Assembly (NCBI GenBank): GCA_036172245.1
Contig: JAYWIR010000033.1
Coordinates: forward strand, 1,860,001-1,924,000
Source: Raillietiella orientalis
Taxonomy: Eukaryota
Direction: 5' to 3'
Length of the DNA: 64,000 nucleotides
Within the stretch, counting starts at the first letter, position 1. Each line of letters begins with the position of its first letter. Below, piece after piece: positions 1-10,500 of this stretch. Both the position numbers and the translations under genes were made by a program. A model generated the notes under the pieces. The model ran no database searches, was not told the origin of the DNA, and was given only the letters and a program-made list of their open reading frames with translations.

Positions 1-331
1 GAGCGCAGCCGGTGGCCGGGGGTGTCCATCGTTCGGGTCGGCCAACAGCAGGTTCCCCTCCCTTGCCGCGCGGCGCGCTGCTGCTGCGCGTGCCTGGCTT
101 CCCTCCCCCTCCCCCCAACTCCTCCGGGAGGGCTGCGAAACCAGCGGGGGTGGACGGCGATCTTCTCCGCTAGGCATTCCACGGGGCAGCGGGGACGCTC
201 GGGCACCCGCGCGCCGATGCCCCATCGCCTGCTCCTCCCCCCCGACCCGCCGGAGGCGCTCGCGCGCGCGCACAAAGCGCATTTTCCTCCTTGGCGGTTC
301 GCGGAACGTGATTTGTCTTTCTGGCTTGCAG

Positions 332-567
332 CGTTGGACAAATTGGGCTTCCAGCATCTTTGCAACCGACACCGCATAGACCCTGTGCAGACGAACGTCG
401 TGTTCGACATCTCCAGCCTCATCCTGTACGGATGCCAAGCCATCCCCGTGCAGATCAAGATACTCCTCGACAGGCTGCTCTCCGTCCTCCCGCACGAGGA
501 GGTCCTACTGATCCTGCACGGCTTCGGATGGACCTACGAGGACTACGCCAGGGGATACATCCTGCAG
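332..567 (+). CDS. disco/BNC2: Internal coding exon of a basonuclin/disconnected-family zinc-finger gene (conserved N-terminal domain); gene is 5'-partial in this window
   Basis: Acceptor TTTGTCTTTCTGGCTTGCAG ends at 331; donor CAG|GTATGG at 568. Translation (A)LDKLGFQHL...[61 protein letters not shown] closely matches the basonuclin N-terminal block as I recall it (ALDKL...[31 protein letters not shown]...GWTLRDYVRGYILQ). Confidence 0.93.
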
Positions 568-1293
568 GTATGGGAGGAGGGGGATTTTTCGCTCCCCCGT
601 CGCCTGAAGGGCAACCTCATTCCGCGAGCGATTCTGGCCCCTACACTCCCGAACTGGGGCGGGTGGGTACCCCGTGCGCTCCTGCGTTCTTCTCCACGAG
701 GGGGGAGATTCCTCTCGGATCCTCCCGCCAAGATGGCGGCATCGACTCGATGGCGCCTGCATGCGGCCTCGCAGCCTGCCAGAGATCCTTCTCTGACTCC
801 CATCTCAGCATCCGGAGGGCTGGATCTTCAGTTTCCTGCTCGCTGCTTCTGTCCCTCTCTTCTGTGGCTCTCTCCATCGCTGCTCCTTCCGGTTCCTCAA
901 CTTACTTTTTCTCTTCGGAGAGGAACTGGCAAGGAGGAGGGGAGAAGGGGCTGCACCCAAGCTGACCTGGAGCCGACCCTCCCTTCCTTTCGACGCGGCG
1001 GAGATGCTCCGAGGTCCCCTCTGGTCGGAACTGGACCCCGGAGGTGGCGTCCAGCGCTCTTCCGGGAGGCCGCTGGGTTGGGTCGGATGTCGAGGTTGCG
1101 CGCGCGACTGGAGGAGGGGGGATCGCTTTGTTCCTGCCACTCCTCCGCCAGGGAATTTCTCTTTTTCTCCTCCCTTCGTTGCCTTGACCGCGTGCTTGGC
1201 GACGCTCCAGCTGACGGGGGGGGGGGGGCTAGGATGGCGAACGGAGCTCCCGGTCGCGTCCCTGACTCTCGGAATCTCCTCTCTCCCTTGCAG
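568..1293 (+). other. Phase-0 GT-AG intron (726 nt) of the basonuclin/disco gene
   Basis: GTATGG donor at 568; CTCCTCTCTCCCTTGCAG acceptor ends at 1293. Splicing joins GYILQ to [33 protein letters not shown], restoring the contiguous basonuclin motif GYILQD..G.VL..W...SREEE...LQQFLRFGET. Confidence 0.88.
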
Positions 1294-2474
1294 GACATCC
1301 AGGGCATCGTTCTGGAGAAGTGGTCCCTGTGCACCAGGGAGGAGGAGATGCTGATCCTGCAGCAGTTCCTCCGGTTCTCGGAGACGCGATCCCTGGCCAG
1401 CGATATGCTCCTGTGGGCAGCGGCCAGGGAGAACGCCGGAGGCGGTGACCCCAGGAAGGACGGAATCGGCTCGGACTCGGAGATCAAGAAGTTCATCGAG
1501 ATGGCGTCCAGGTTGGGGCCCCACCTGTTCTTCCCCAAGTCCGAGAGGAGATCCCTCCCGAGCTTCGGCGCCACCTCGAGGGCGGATAAGCCGTTTCCGG
1601 CATCGGAGCTCGCGGACACGCGCCCTCCCTCGGAGGCCCCGAAGACCAAGCCCCTGGGGCAGCACGAGAGGTTCAACGTGCTGTCCCTGCTAGGCAAGCC
1701 CGGGGAGCCGCTCGCCCCGGCGTCTCAGGAAAGCACGCCCACGACAACCTCGATGTCGAGGCCCAGCACGTCGCCGAGGTCGCTCAGCCCCGCGGGCCTC
1801 AGCGGTACCGACGGGGACGACAGCTCCTGCAGCGGCAGTGCATTGAACCTCAGCCGCGCGGCAGCGGCGGCCTCCGCCACGCCCGGGGCAGCCGCGGGAG
1901 GAGGAGGAGGAAGTGGAGGAGGAAGTGGAGGAGCGGGAACGACGACCGGGGCGGGACGCCCGCGGAAGTCGCCGCACCCGACCAGGCGTCCCTGGGCGAG
2001 TCCCGCTGCCCTGGGCGCGCAACTGGTGAACCCGGTGACCGGGAAGAAGCGGGTGCAGTGCAGCGCGTGCCTGAAGACTTTCTGCGACAAGGGGGCGCTA
2101 AAGATACACTTCTCGGCGGTGCATCTGAAGGAGATGCACCGCTGCACGGTTCGCGGGTGCAACATGATGTTCAGCTCCCGGCGCAGCCGCAACAGGCACA
2201 GCGCCAACCCCAACCCCAAGCTCCACGTCCCGCACACGCGCCGCCGGATATCCCCGCACGATGGACGCAGCTCCCACCACCACCACAACCACCATCACCA
2301 CCATCACCACCACCACCACCGCGCGGCGGCCGTCTTCAGGGCGTTCGACTCGGCGGAGAACGGCTTCCAGCCCGCCCTGGACGCCTCCACCCCCTCCGTG
2401 GCGGCTCCCCGCGGAGAGGCCAGACGCTGCCCCCTCTTGAGGAAGGTCGCGGGAGACACCACCCCTGCGGGCAG

Positions 2475-2509
<35 letters not shown>

Positions 2510-4590
2510 CGGACGTCTCCAGCCTGGATCTCCGGGTCAGGAAGAACAAGAGGAAGAGGAGCCCTTCGGCGGAGAAGGACGCGGGAGAGGAGGAACGCTC
2601 CTGCCGGAAGGGGGCGGTGGCGGCGAGCCCGTCGGCTGAGGATGAGGAGGAAGAAGGGGAGGAGGGAGGCGCCAAGGAAGAAGCGTCCACTGAGAGGAGG
2701 GCGCGGACCAGGAAAAGCCAGAACCCAACCCGCTGTCCTGTCTCCAACGGCGGCCGTGAGGAGGACGAAGAAGAGGAAGAGGAAGAGGGCGATTCGAACC
2801 AATCTCCCGGCGACCAGGGGTTCCTCCTGGAGAGCACGGACCAGGGAGATCACCCCGAGGAAGAGCGTCGCCCAGACGCCGTTCCCAAGATGAAGGAGGA
2901 GCTGGAAGAGGACGAGGAGGAGGAAGGGGGGAAAAACGAGGAGGAAGGAGAGGAATTCGCCCGCGAGGACAAGCCAGCCCCGGAGGCAGAAGACGACGCC
3001 TCCAGGGGGGGAAGGGGAGCCGACTCGAGTCGGGAGGACAACGACGACGAGGACGGCGGCACCGGCGGCCCGGAGGGGGTGAGCGGCCCCGAAGGAGGCG
3101 ACGTCCCCGTGGACTACTCCTCCCTCTCCTCCACGTGCTGCGACCGCCTCCCCAAGACGACTCCCGGTTCCCTGGAGCACCTCCAGTTCCTGGCCCAGGG
3201 CCGCTTCGGCGACCTGTTTGCCGGAGGCCTCCTGGCCCAGTGCCCACTCCTCTCCCGGTCCTTCCCGCCCGTGCCCTACGGGTTCGCCGCCGCGGCAGCG
3301 GCCGCCGCCGCCGCCGCGGGAGCAGGCGGGAACGGCTTCGGCGCCTCCGCCTCCCCCTTCTCGCACCTGCTCCCAGGCTTCGCTTCCGAGGTCCCCCCGC
3401 TGGAGGTCCCCAGCTCCCCATCCCCTTCCTCCAGCGCGGGTTCCCTGCGCTCCGGCTCGAACGCCTTCCCTCCCAAGGACGCGGGGGGCTCCGCGGCAAC
3501 GATCCCGAATTCTTCCCTGGACATCCCGGTGGACAAGGACAACCCCCGGAAGTGCATCGCTTGCGGCAAGCTCTTCCAGAACCACTTCGGGGTGAAGACT
3601 CACTACCAGAACGTCCACCTCAAGCTCATGCACCGGTGCACCGTGGACGGGTGCAACGCCGCGTTCCCGTCGAAGCGCTCCCGGGACCGCCACAGCGCGA
3701 ACCTCAACCTCCACCGGAAGCTCCTGTCCACATGCGCGGACAAGGCCCTCCACTGCTTCGGCGGTGGCGGAGGTTTCGAGAGGTCGTCGCACCACCTGGC
3801 TCTGCGCCACCACCACCAGCAGCGCCATCTGCAGGGTGCAGGAGGAGGAGGAGGAGGAGGAGGAGGAGGAAGTGGCGGAGGGGGAAGCGTTCTCTTCCCG
3901 GACGACTTCGCCGCCGGCCTCTACGCCGATCCCCGGGGGGCGCTGGGAATGCTCCCGTTCCACGCCCTGGGCAAGGACGGCTTCCTCCCCCACCCGTCCG
4001 TGGCGGCGGCGGCCGCGGCAGCAGCCGCCGCCGCCGCCGCGGCCGCCTCCTCGACGTCGCTCCCCCCTCCGCCCGCCCCCTTCGTGCTGCACGCTCCTCA
4101 GGAGTTTCCCTTCGAAAGCTTCCCTTTCTCCCCAGCGGCGCGCCGCGCGGGAGTCGGCGGCGGCGCCGCCATTCCCGACGACTGCAGGCGGAAGGTCCCT
4201 GACAGGCAGCAGCATCAGCATCAGCATCAGCATCAGCATCATCATCATCAGCAGCAGCAGCATCAGGATGCGTTCGCGCGCTTCTCTGGACTCCTCCCCG
4301 TCTACGACATGGACGAGGACTCCCCCGCGCCCGACCACGAAGGCCGGTTCCCGTGCAAGTTCTGTCACAAGGCGTTCTCGTCCAGGGCGGTCCTCAAGGG
4401 TCACTACCTGACCCTCCACCTGCCGGAGATGCACAAGTGCACGGTGGAGGGCTGCAACAAGATCTTCGCTTCCCGCAAGAGGCGAAACGTCCACAGCCAG
4501 AACGACTCCCTGCACGACTTCCTCCGGGCGACGGCCGCGACGGTGGACTCCTTGCAGGCGCCTTCCAAGTGCGGGGTCCCACTGGCGTGA
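1294..4590 (+). CDS. disco/BNC2: Large terminal coding exon of basonuclin-2/disco(-r)-like transcription factor with three pairs of C2H2 zinc fingers
   Basis: Pair 1 (~2059-2226): [22 protein letters not shown] / [28 protein letters not shown], the hallmark disco/basonuclin sequence. Pair 2 (~3553-3714): [22 protein letters not shown] / [26 protein letters not shown]. Pair 3 (~4354-4515): [22 protein letters not shown] / [25 protein letters not shown]-like RKNKRKR and RTRKSQNPT; strong GC3 bias; TGA stop at 4588-4590. Confidence 0.95.
2275..4265 (+). repeat. Coding microsatellites: (CAC/CAT)n poly-His ~2275-2320, (CAG)n poly-Gln ~2476-2508, (GGA)n poly-Gly ~3841-3870, poly-Ala ~3286-3318 and ~4003-4047, (CAGCAT)n QH ~4207-4265
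   Basis: Directly visible in-frame triplet and hexamer runs. Confidence 0.9.
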
Positions 4591-4724
4591 GCAGCAGCCC
4601 TCCCCCCTGACCTCCCCTCCCTCCTTATCCCTCCTCTCCGGCTCGCGGGGCAGAGCCGCCAGCGCTTCCCGCGGCGGGGACGGCGGAACGGAGCTTCTGT
4701 GACGGAGACAGTTAAATAGTGTTC

Positions 4725-4730
4725 AATAAA
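4725..4730 (+). terminator. Candidate polyadenylation signal of the basonuclin/disco gene
   Basis: AATAAA about 135 nt after the stop, followed by a GT/T-rich tract at ~4781-4823 that resembles a downstream element. Confidence 0.55.
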
Positions 4731-6079
4731 GTTTCCATGGTAACCTCCATCGGGGAGCTGACTTCCCTCCCGGAGGAATTCTGTTTGTTTGTTTGTTTGT
4801 CTTTCTTTTTTCTTTTTTTTTTTCGAGGACGGTGCGAAACTGAAGGTGGCGCTGCCACTCCGTGAGCAAGAGTCCAGCCGGAGTTCCCCTAGGGGTGGTT
4901 TCCTGTGCGATGGGTCGACCCCGACCGTCGACGAACCCGGGGATTTTTTTTTTCACCTCGAGCAGCAGTCTGCCCACCTCGCTCAACCTTGGAAGCGACT
5001 TCGCAATACGGAGAAGCGGTAGAGAGGCAGACGAGGGAACCGGATGTTGCCGTGGCAACGGTTCTGCAGCACCGTGTCACGGGAGCGCGCCTCGAAATCA
5101 TCGCGAAGAAGAATTTTCTCTGCCGCAACGTGCATGCGGAATCCCCCCCCCCCCTTCCTTCCCAAGATGCTGCCATCCGTTGCCATCACGAACGAACGTG
5201 GGGCATCCGGCACGCGGAGAAAAGGGACCTGCTGCCATCGCGCCGAGATGCGGTGCTCTGCAAGGATGGCATTGCAGCTTCCAAGCTTTCTTCCAAAACG
5301 TCGCCGGTGCTCCAGGAAAATCCGGACTCCTTCGTTGCACAGGATTTTCTCTCTTCCTTTTCCACTGCAGATTCCTACACCCATCGGTCACTAAGGGGTC
5401 TACCACTTTCTCGTCCGTCTCTGCCGGTCACCCTCTTCTTCCCTAACCCCTTTGAGACGAGGCCGGCACCGACGGGGGGGACTACAGCTTCCTTCCGAGC
5501 CTTCCATCCAGGCGCAAGCGCCCAACCTCCACCCTCGAGATCCCTCCAATTTGTAACTCTCCCGTGCCCGGGTGACCAGGTGAACGTCTTCGTTCTTGCA
5601 AAGCCTCTTTGCCTCCTGCGGCATTCTCCACCGCCTGCCGAAGATGCTCGGAAGGGAGTCTGCGGCGGCAAAGAGCGTTAGCAGCAACTCCACGCACAAA
5701 TTCCTTCGACCAAGCTGCCAACTCTTTGTTTCCGGAAAGCTAAGAGGGACACATCTTGTCCTCACTTTCCATGGCGGTCGCTTTTTGCTGATCCAGGAGC
5801 GACAGTCCCATTCTTAAACCCACGGGATTTTCCTCGCTTCGACCTCTTCGATGGGTGGAATTGGGCTTCCCACCAAATCTCCCGAAGATCCTCTCCTGTT
5901 GGTCCTGTCTCTTCCCGTGAAGCCGCTCCGGCAGCCCACGGTGCAACCTTAAGCTCGCGTCAGCAGGCCCCTTCAGCCATCAGGATCAAAGAAAGGACAA
6001 GAGGAGAAAGAAGCGTAACCAAGCAACCCTGTTGGCCGTTTCTCCACCGTTTCATCGCACGGTCCACCACACCGCCGAG

Positions 6080-7460
6080 GAAATTCTCTGTGGACGCAAT
6101 CAGCTTCAGGTAGACTCGATGCGCTACCCCTAGAAGCCTGGTGTCCTTGAGGATTTGTCTCCGAGGGTTCCTCATCGTACAGCCCATCAAACCTTCTGTC
6201 CTGTGCAGGAAGCCAGAGCGCCGAGCGTTTTCCTTAAGGAGTCGACCTCATCCCGACTTGCAAAAAGACAGAACACGGTATGGCTTGCTTTCGGCGTCTG
6301 AGGCAAAGACCCCTCCCCATCTCGGTAATTTCGCAGTTACCTTTACTCGACTTCCGACTTTCCTCCTGGCGCCCGCGGACTTCACGTTGGCGCGTATCAC
6401 CTCGTTTCGATGCGTACCCGTAAAAGTTCCGTCCGTCGTGAAGGGACGCCGCACTCGACGTCCTGACGCTGGAGAGAACGGAGCATCAGCTCCAGCGTAG
6501 AAGATGAGCCCCAGCGGCGAAGTTCCAGACCACCCATTGGCGCGTTCCGGCCCCACGCCCGACCAAGCGAGCAGCCGCCGCCGAGGGACTCGGTGCGTTC
6601 CTCGTGCATGGCCACCGAAAGTTGTCCCGATGCACGCACCCACTCCGGCAAATGGCTGCCTTGATCCAGGAGAACAGATGGATATCCTGCCGCCGAATGT
6701 GCTGCTGCCTGGAAACAGGAAACAGCTCGGGCGTGGGCGGAAAGAAACGGCACGAGCCCAAAACAACCGCGATGCGATTGCGATTCTCGACCTATGCTCG
6801 CAGCTGGTTGCAGGAAATCAGGGATTGCCCAAGGAAGACCTCCTGGGAGAGGAACACACCACTTGCAGCCACGCTGAACACCATGCGACAAAGAGGAAAT
6901 AGCGATGCTCCCGCGAGGTGAGAAGTATCCTTCGAGATCGTGGGAAAAGAGAAGCAGCTTGGATGCCGGACAGCCCGTCAACTGGCTGGCGCATGTACCC
7001 CTTCCACCCTCCCCAACAGAATTCGTGGAACTCCTGGACAGTCCTCCTGAAGAGCCAGAAACACACCCAGTGTTTTGGACACCTCCACGCTGCCCCTGAA
7101 GCGGTAGGACTCGGCACTGTTGCACTGGGCGACCCCATGCAACGCACGAGTCCACGAGGGAGTGCGGCCCCAGTCTGTGCGACGTGCAAGAACGTTGCGT
7201 TGCCCTCCTGAGGGTCCGGGAAGGCTTCTCTGCGGCCCTCCACTCCCGACGGACAACGGCAGAGAGGTCTTGCGGTGGCTCTTCGCTCGCGGCTCGATGT
7301 CGCCTGCAGCATCCCTTGCAGCCCTGTCCTGCCTTCGTGGGTCGTGGCGGCAAGAGGCCTCGAGCCGAAAGGGGCCAGTCGAACGATGAGGTCATCGAGA
7401 TCATCTGCTCTTCCATGAGGAAGGCGACGAGACCGCCACATCTCCGCCAACGAAACGAGT
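6080..7460 (+). mobile_element. Decayed hAT (ZBED1/4-like) transposase remnant
   Basis: Colinear frameshifted motifs: FAVTFTRLPTFLLA...SFRCV (~6330-6416, like xVTDNAxN...HxxCFAH); LIQENRWIS (6661, like LIQDVxTRWNS); EDLLGEEHTTCS (~6834, like T..LSGE.Y.T.S); EVLRWLFARGSMSPAASLAALSCL (~7264, like the hATC dimerisation D.L.WW....P.L..LA...L). No TIRs identified. Confidence 0.5.
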
Positions 7461-7550
7461 AAGTTGCCCGACGTCCTCCAGGGGATGCTGAGGACACGAG
7501 GAAGAAATCTGGGATCCCTTGCCTTCCTCCTCGTTTTAAACTAAACTTTT

Positions 7551-7572
7551 GTGTGTGTGTGTGTGTGTGTGT
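7551..7572. repeat. (GT)11 microsatellite
   Basis: Directly visible. Confidence 0.95.
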
Positions 7573-10500
7573 TTGATTGTGTTCCCCCTCTCTCCACGCT
7601 TCCTGTGTAGACTTCATCGGGGAACTGCACACGAGAAGCAGCGCCTCCGAGCCATCTCCCCTCGTAGTGGTCATGTGAAGCCACTAGGTAGGAAGGCATT
7701 TCTTTTGGCATCTTACATGACTTTTTTTTTGTTTTTTTTTTTAGTTATTTTTTTTTTTTTTACAATAAACGTTCCGCCGTGACCGGGTGAAAATAAATGT
7801 TCAACGAATTCTGCAGATCACTGTTGCTGACTTCCCGAAAAATGGACCACGTAAGTGGCTAAGATCTCGGAGGGAGTAATTAAAGTGGAGAAGCATGTGC
7901 ATCTGCGAGTTGTCGTCTTCGAGAAATCTCGGTCAGTCTTGGAGATTGTCTGCTCCAGAGAGGAAAATAGCCTTAGAAGGCAACAAGAGCCGCAACAAAT
8001 ACACGAAACACACGCACGCGCGCACACACACGTAAAAGTGGACACTCACACGTCAGAATGATCGCAAATTGTTCTTGCGTGAGGACATGGGGATTCGGCA
8101 CACGTGTTTGCGGAAACAGTGGCTGCAGCAAGGGTCAAAGTCTTTCGACAAGAAACTCCGTGACACCGCCTCTCATCTCGTCTCTCGCTTCCCGCTCCTG
8201 CTGAAATCCTCTCCCTGACTACGTGAAGCCCATTTTGTTCCCTGAATTTAATTATTCTGTGAGCGATGGGTAGGAAAAAGCTGCTTGGCTGCTGGGCGTA
8301 GCTGCGGATACAAAGGTCTTGCTTCAAGCGAGCTAGCCCGGGAATGCTATGGAGCTGATGATATCTTAAGAGCTCCATGGACCCTCGATTTCAAAAGCAC
8401 TTATCAGTGGTACCATGGCACGAATTTTATAATTAAATGATCTCAATAATCCCTTTGAATGTTTTATTCAAATTTTCGTGCATGGAGAGATATTAAAAAG
8501 GAGAAGTAAGAGGACAGAGGGAAGTTTTCAGGCTTCCCACCAGCACTTTCCTTTCTCCCTTTTTTTAATTTTCGAATGCTCCAGCATCACGGATGGTGAC
8601 TCTCTGGAGACAGCGTGGCTGTGGTCTCCGCGCGTGGAACCATTAGTCGCGGGTTCGAATGCTCGGAAGAGAATCGGCGCCGAGAAATGGGTGCATCGTG
8701 GGTTTTCGTGCAAGATGACGTTGGCTGGCCTGCATTCGGGTGGGGAATCGGTAGCGAGTAACACCGGATGCCCCGATGAGTGGCTAGAATTGAAGGTTGA
8801 CCTTCCGGGGTCTTCCTGAATTCATGGGGGGGGAGTCCTCCTCCCGGGAACACCCCCCTAACTTGAAGAGCTGACAAGCACTCTTGGGTCTCGTTGACAC
8901 TGTGCAACACCCTCCACTAAAGAGGCAAACGATACTTCGATACTCCTTGAGGACCAAAAAAAAAAACAGCTGGAAAGAAAGCGGAGAAAGCAGAAGAACC
9001 CGGAAGGACTTTGATAATCCTGTTGTATTCAATACTCATCCCGAAAAATTCCCAAGTTCGAGAACGCCATTGCTCTTGGTTCCTCCCGTCCCCCAGGAAT
9101 TTTCATCTCCCTGAGCACTTCATCCTTTTGCCGATACCAAGGTACCAGAAATCCACTTGCCATTGCCCTTTCAAAAGCGTATAGAGTGCTTTGGGGGCGG
9201 AATGCGTGCGGAGCCAGACCTCTGTATTTGATTTCCTACTTCTGTCTTCTTGCTTCTTTCAACGTCGCTGCTGGATATCATAGGAGCAAGCGACCTCCAT
9301 CAACTTCCCACTTTTGCCCTTGAGCTCTAGAACTGAATTTAGCTTTGCTTGCTTTTCCCGGAACACTCGGGTTGGCATCTGCCAACATTGTGATCTTGGT
9401 CGCCAGCCCACCGCGCCTCTCCATGACCGTGGAGTGGCTGGTGGCCCATCCGCTGACTCCTTCTTCCTCGGTCACTGCCGCCGGTAGTCGAGGACCGCAT
9501 GGGGCAGAAGAAGGTCTCTCAGCTCGCAGCCCCGCAATCCACGGATCAGAAGGTGCTCGGAGGTGCTGCTCCCTCCTCGACCCGGATGTTTTTCCAAAGA
9601 TCGGTAAGCATCCCTTTTCGCCTCTTCTTGATTTCCGGAGTTGCAGGAATTCACCGGAGGGAGAATAGGACAGGTGAGGAGCAGTTCAAGAAACCGGTGG
9701 TTGCGAAAAACGCGAGTTGCACTTCGGTTCTTCAGACGGCGATGCATCTGGGATAGACGGAGCAGGAAAGAAAGTCGGATGTCGAGCGCGGGAAGCTCAT
9801 CTCGCATGAACCATCGGATTTGGGCGCGTACTCAACAACTAAATGTACTAAATGTACATATCTACTTTTTACTTGCTTCTTTGCTTACGCGAGCTTCACT
9901 ACGATTTCACAATCCGCGCGCTCCATGGAATGCGGAGAACCTCCCAAAGACACGTTGCGAGTGTCAGCATGCGATCTGTGTCCATTCTGCGCGGAGGATA
10001 TCTTCTGTTGGGAGCCACCTTGATTTAAATAGATGGTTCGTGGATTTCTCCCTCCCTCCCTCTCTCACTTTCTCTTGGAACACTGACTCTGGAAACGATC
10101 CCACAAAACTCCCTCATTTTAAAAAAAAACTATTTCTGATTCTCAAAAGAAACGATGCTTAATGGAGCACATCTGAAGACACATCAAAACGCCCTTGTCT
10201 CGTGATTTAAAATAAAAACCCTCTGACCCATAAGTTTGACCCATGAAATCAATGACCTATTTACTCCTGAATTGAGATCGATCACTTACGCATTGGGCCC
10301 CATTTCCTGTATGCCTTTCCGCGCTGCCTAATTCCAATAGCATCACTGTGTCCCGTTACCATGGTATCCGAAAATGCTCCCGAAAATAAACTCCTTTATG
10401 AATTTCCTTGTTAACCTTTTGTTCTTCAGCAGCGAAGAGCTTCAGTGACAGCTTAAAAGAACCAAGAAGTGACAGATCAAATTATGGAGCGGGATCTAAT

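Noticed and set aside
2098..4515. 805-aa antisense ORF and other ORFs overlapping the zinc-finger exon
   Set aside because: Shadow ORFs expected from high-GC3 codon usage on the sense strand; no recognisable domain.
22..4590. Single-exon 1522-aa protein starting at GTG 22
   Set aside because: Homology is confined to 332-567 and 1294-4590, each bounded by canonical splice sites; residues from 22-331 and 568-1293 are intron read-through and the true start lies upstream of the window.
8605..8670. tRNA gene around GCGGGTTCGAATGC
   Set aside because: Only a B-box-like motif with no cloverleaf; at most a decayed SINE head. Similar isolated motifs at ~21680 and ~35530 were also rejected.
9560..9800. 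hAT C-terminal remnant (LDPDVFPKIG...GEEQFKKPVVAKN)
   Set aside because: Resemblance too weak and short to call; the same applies to ~40700-40920.
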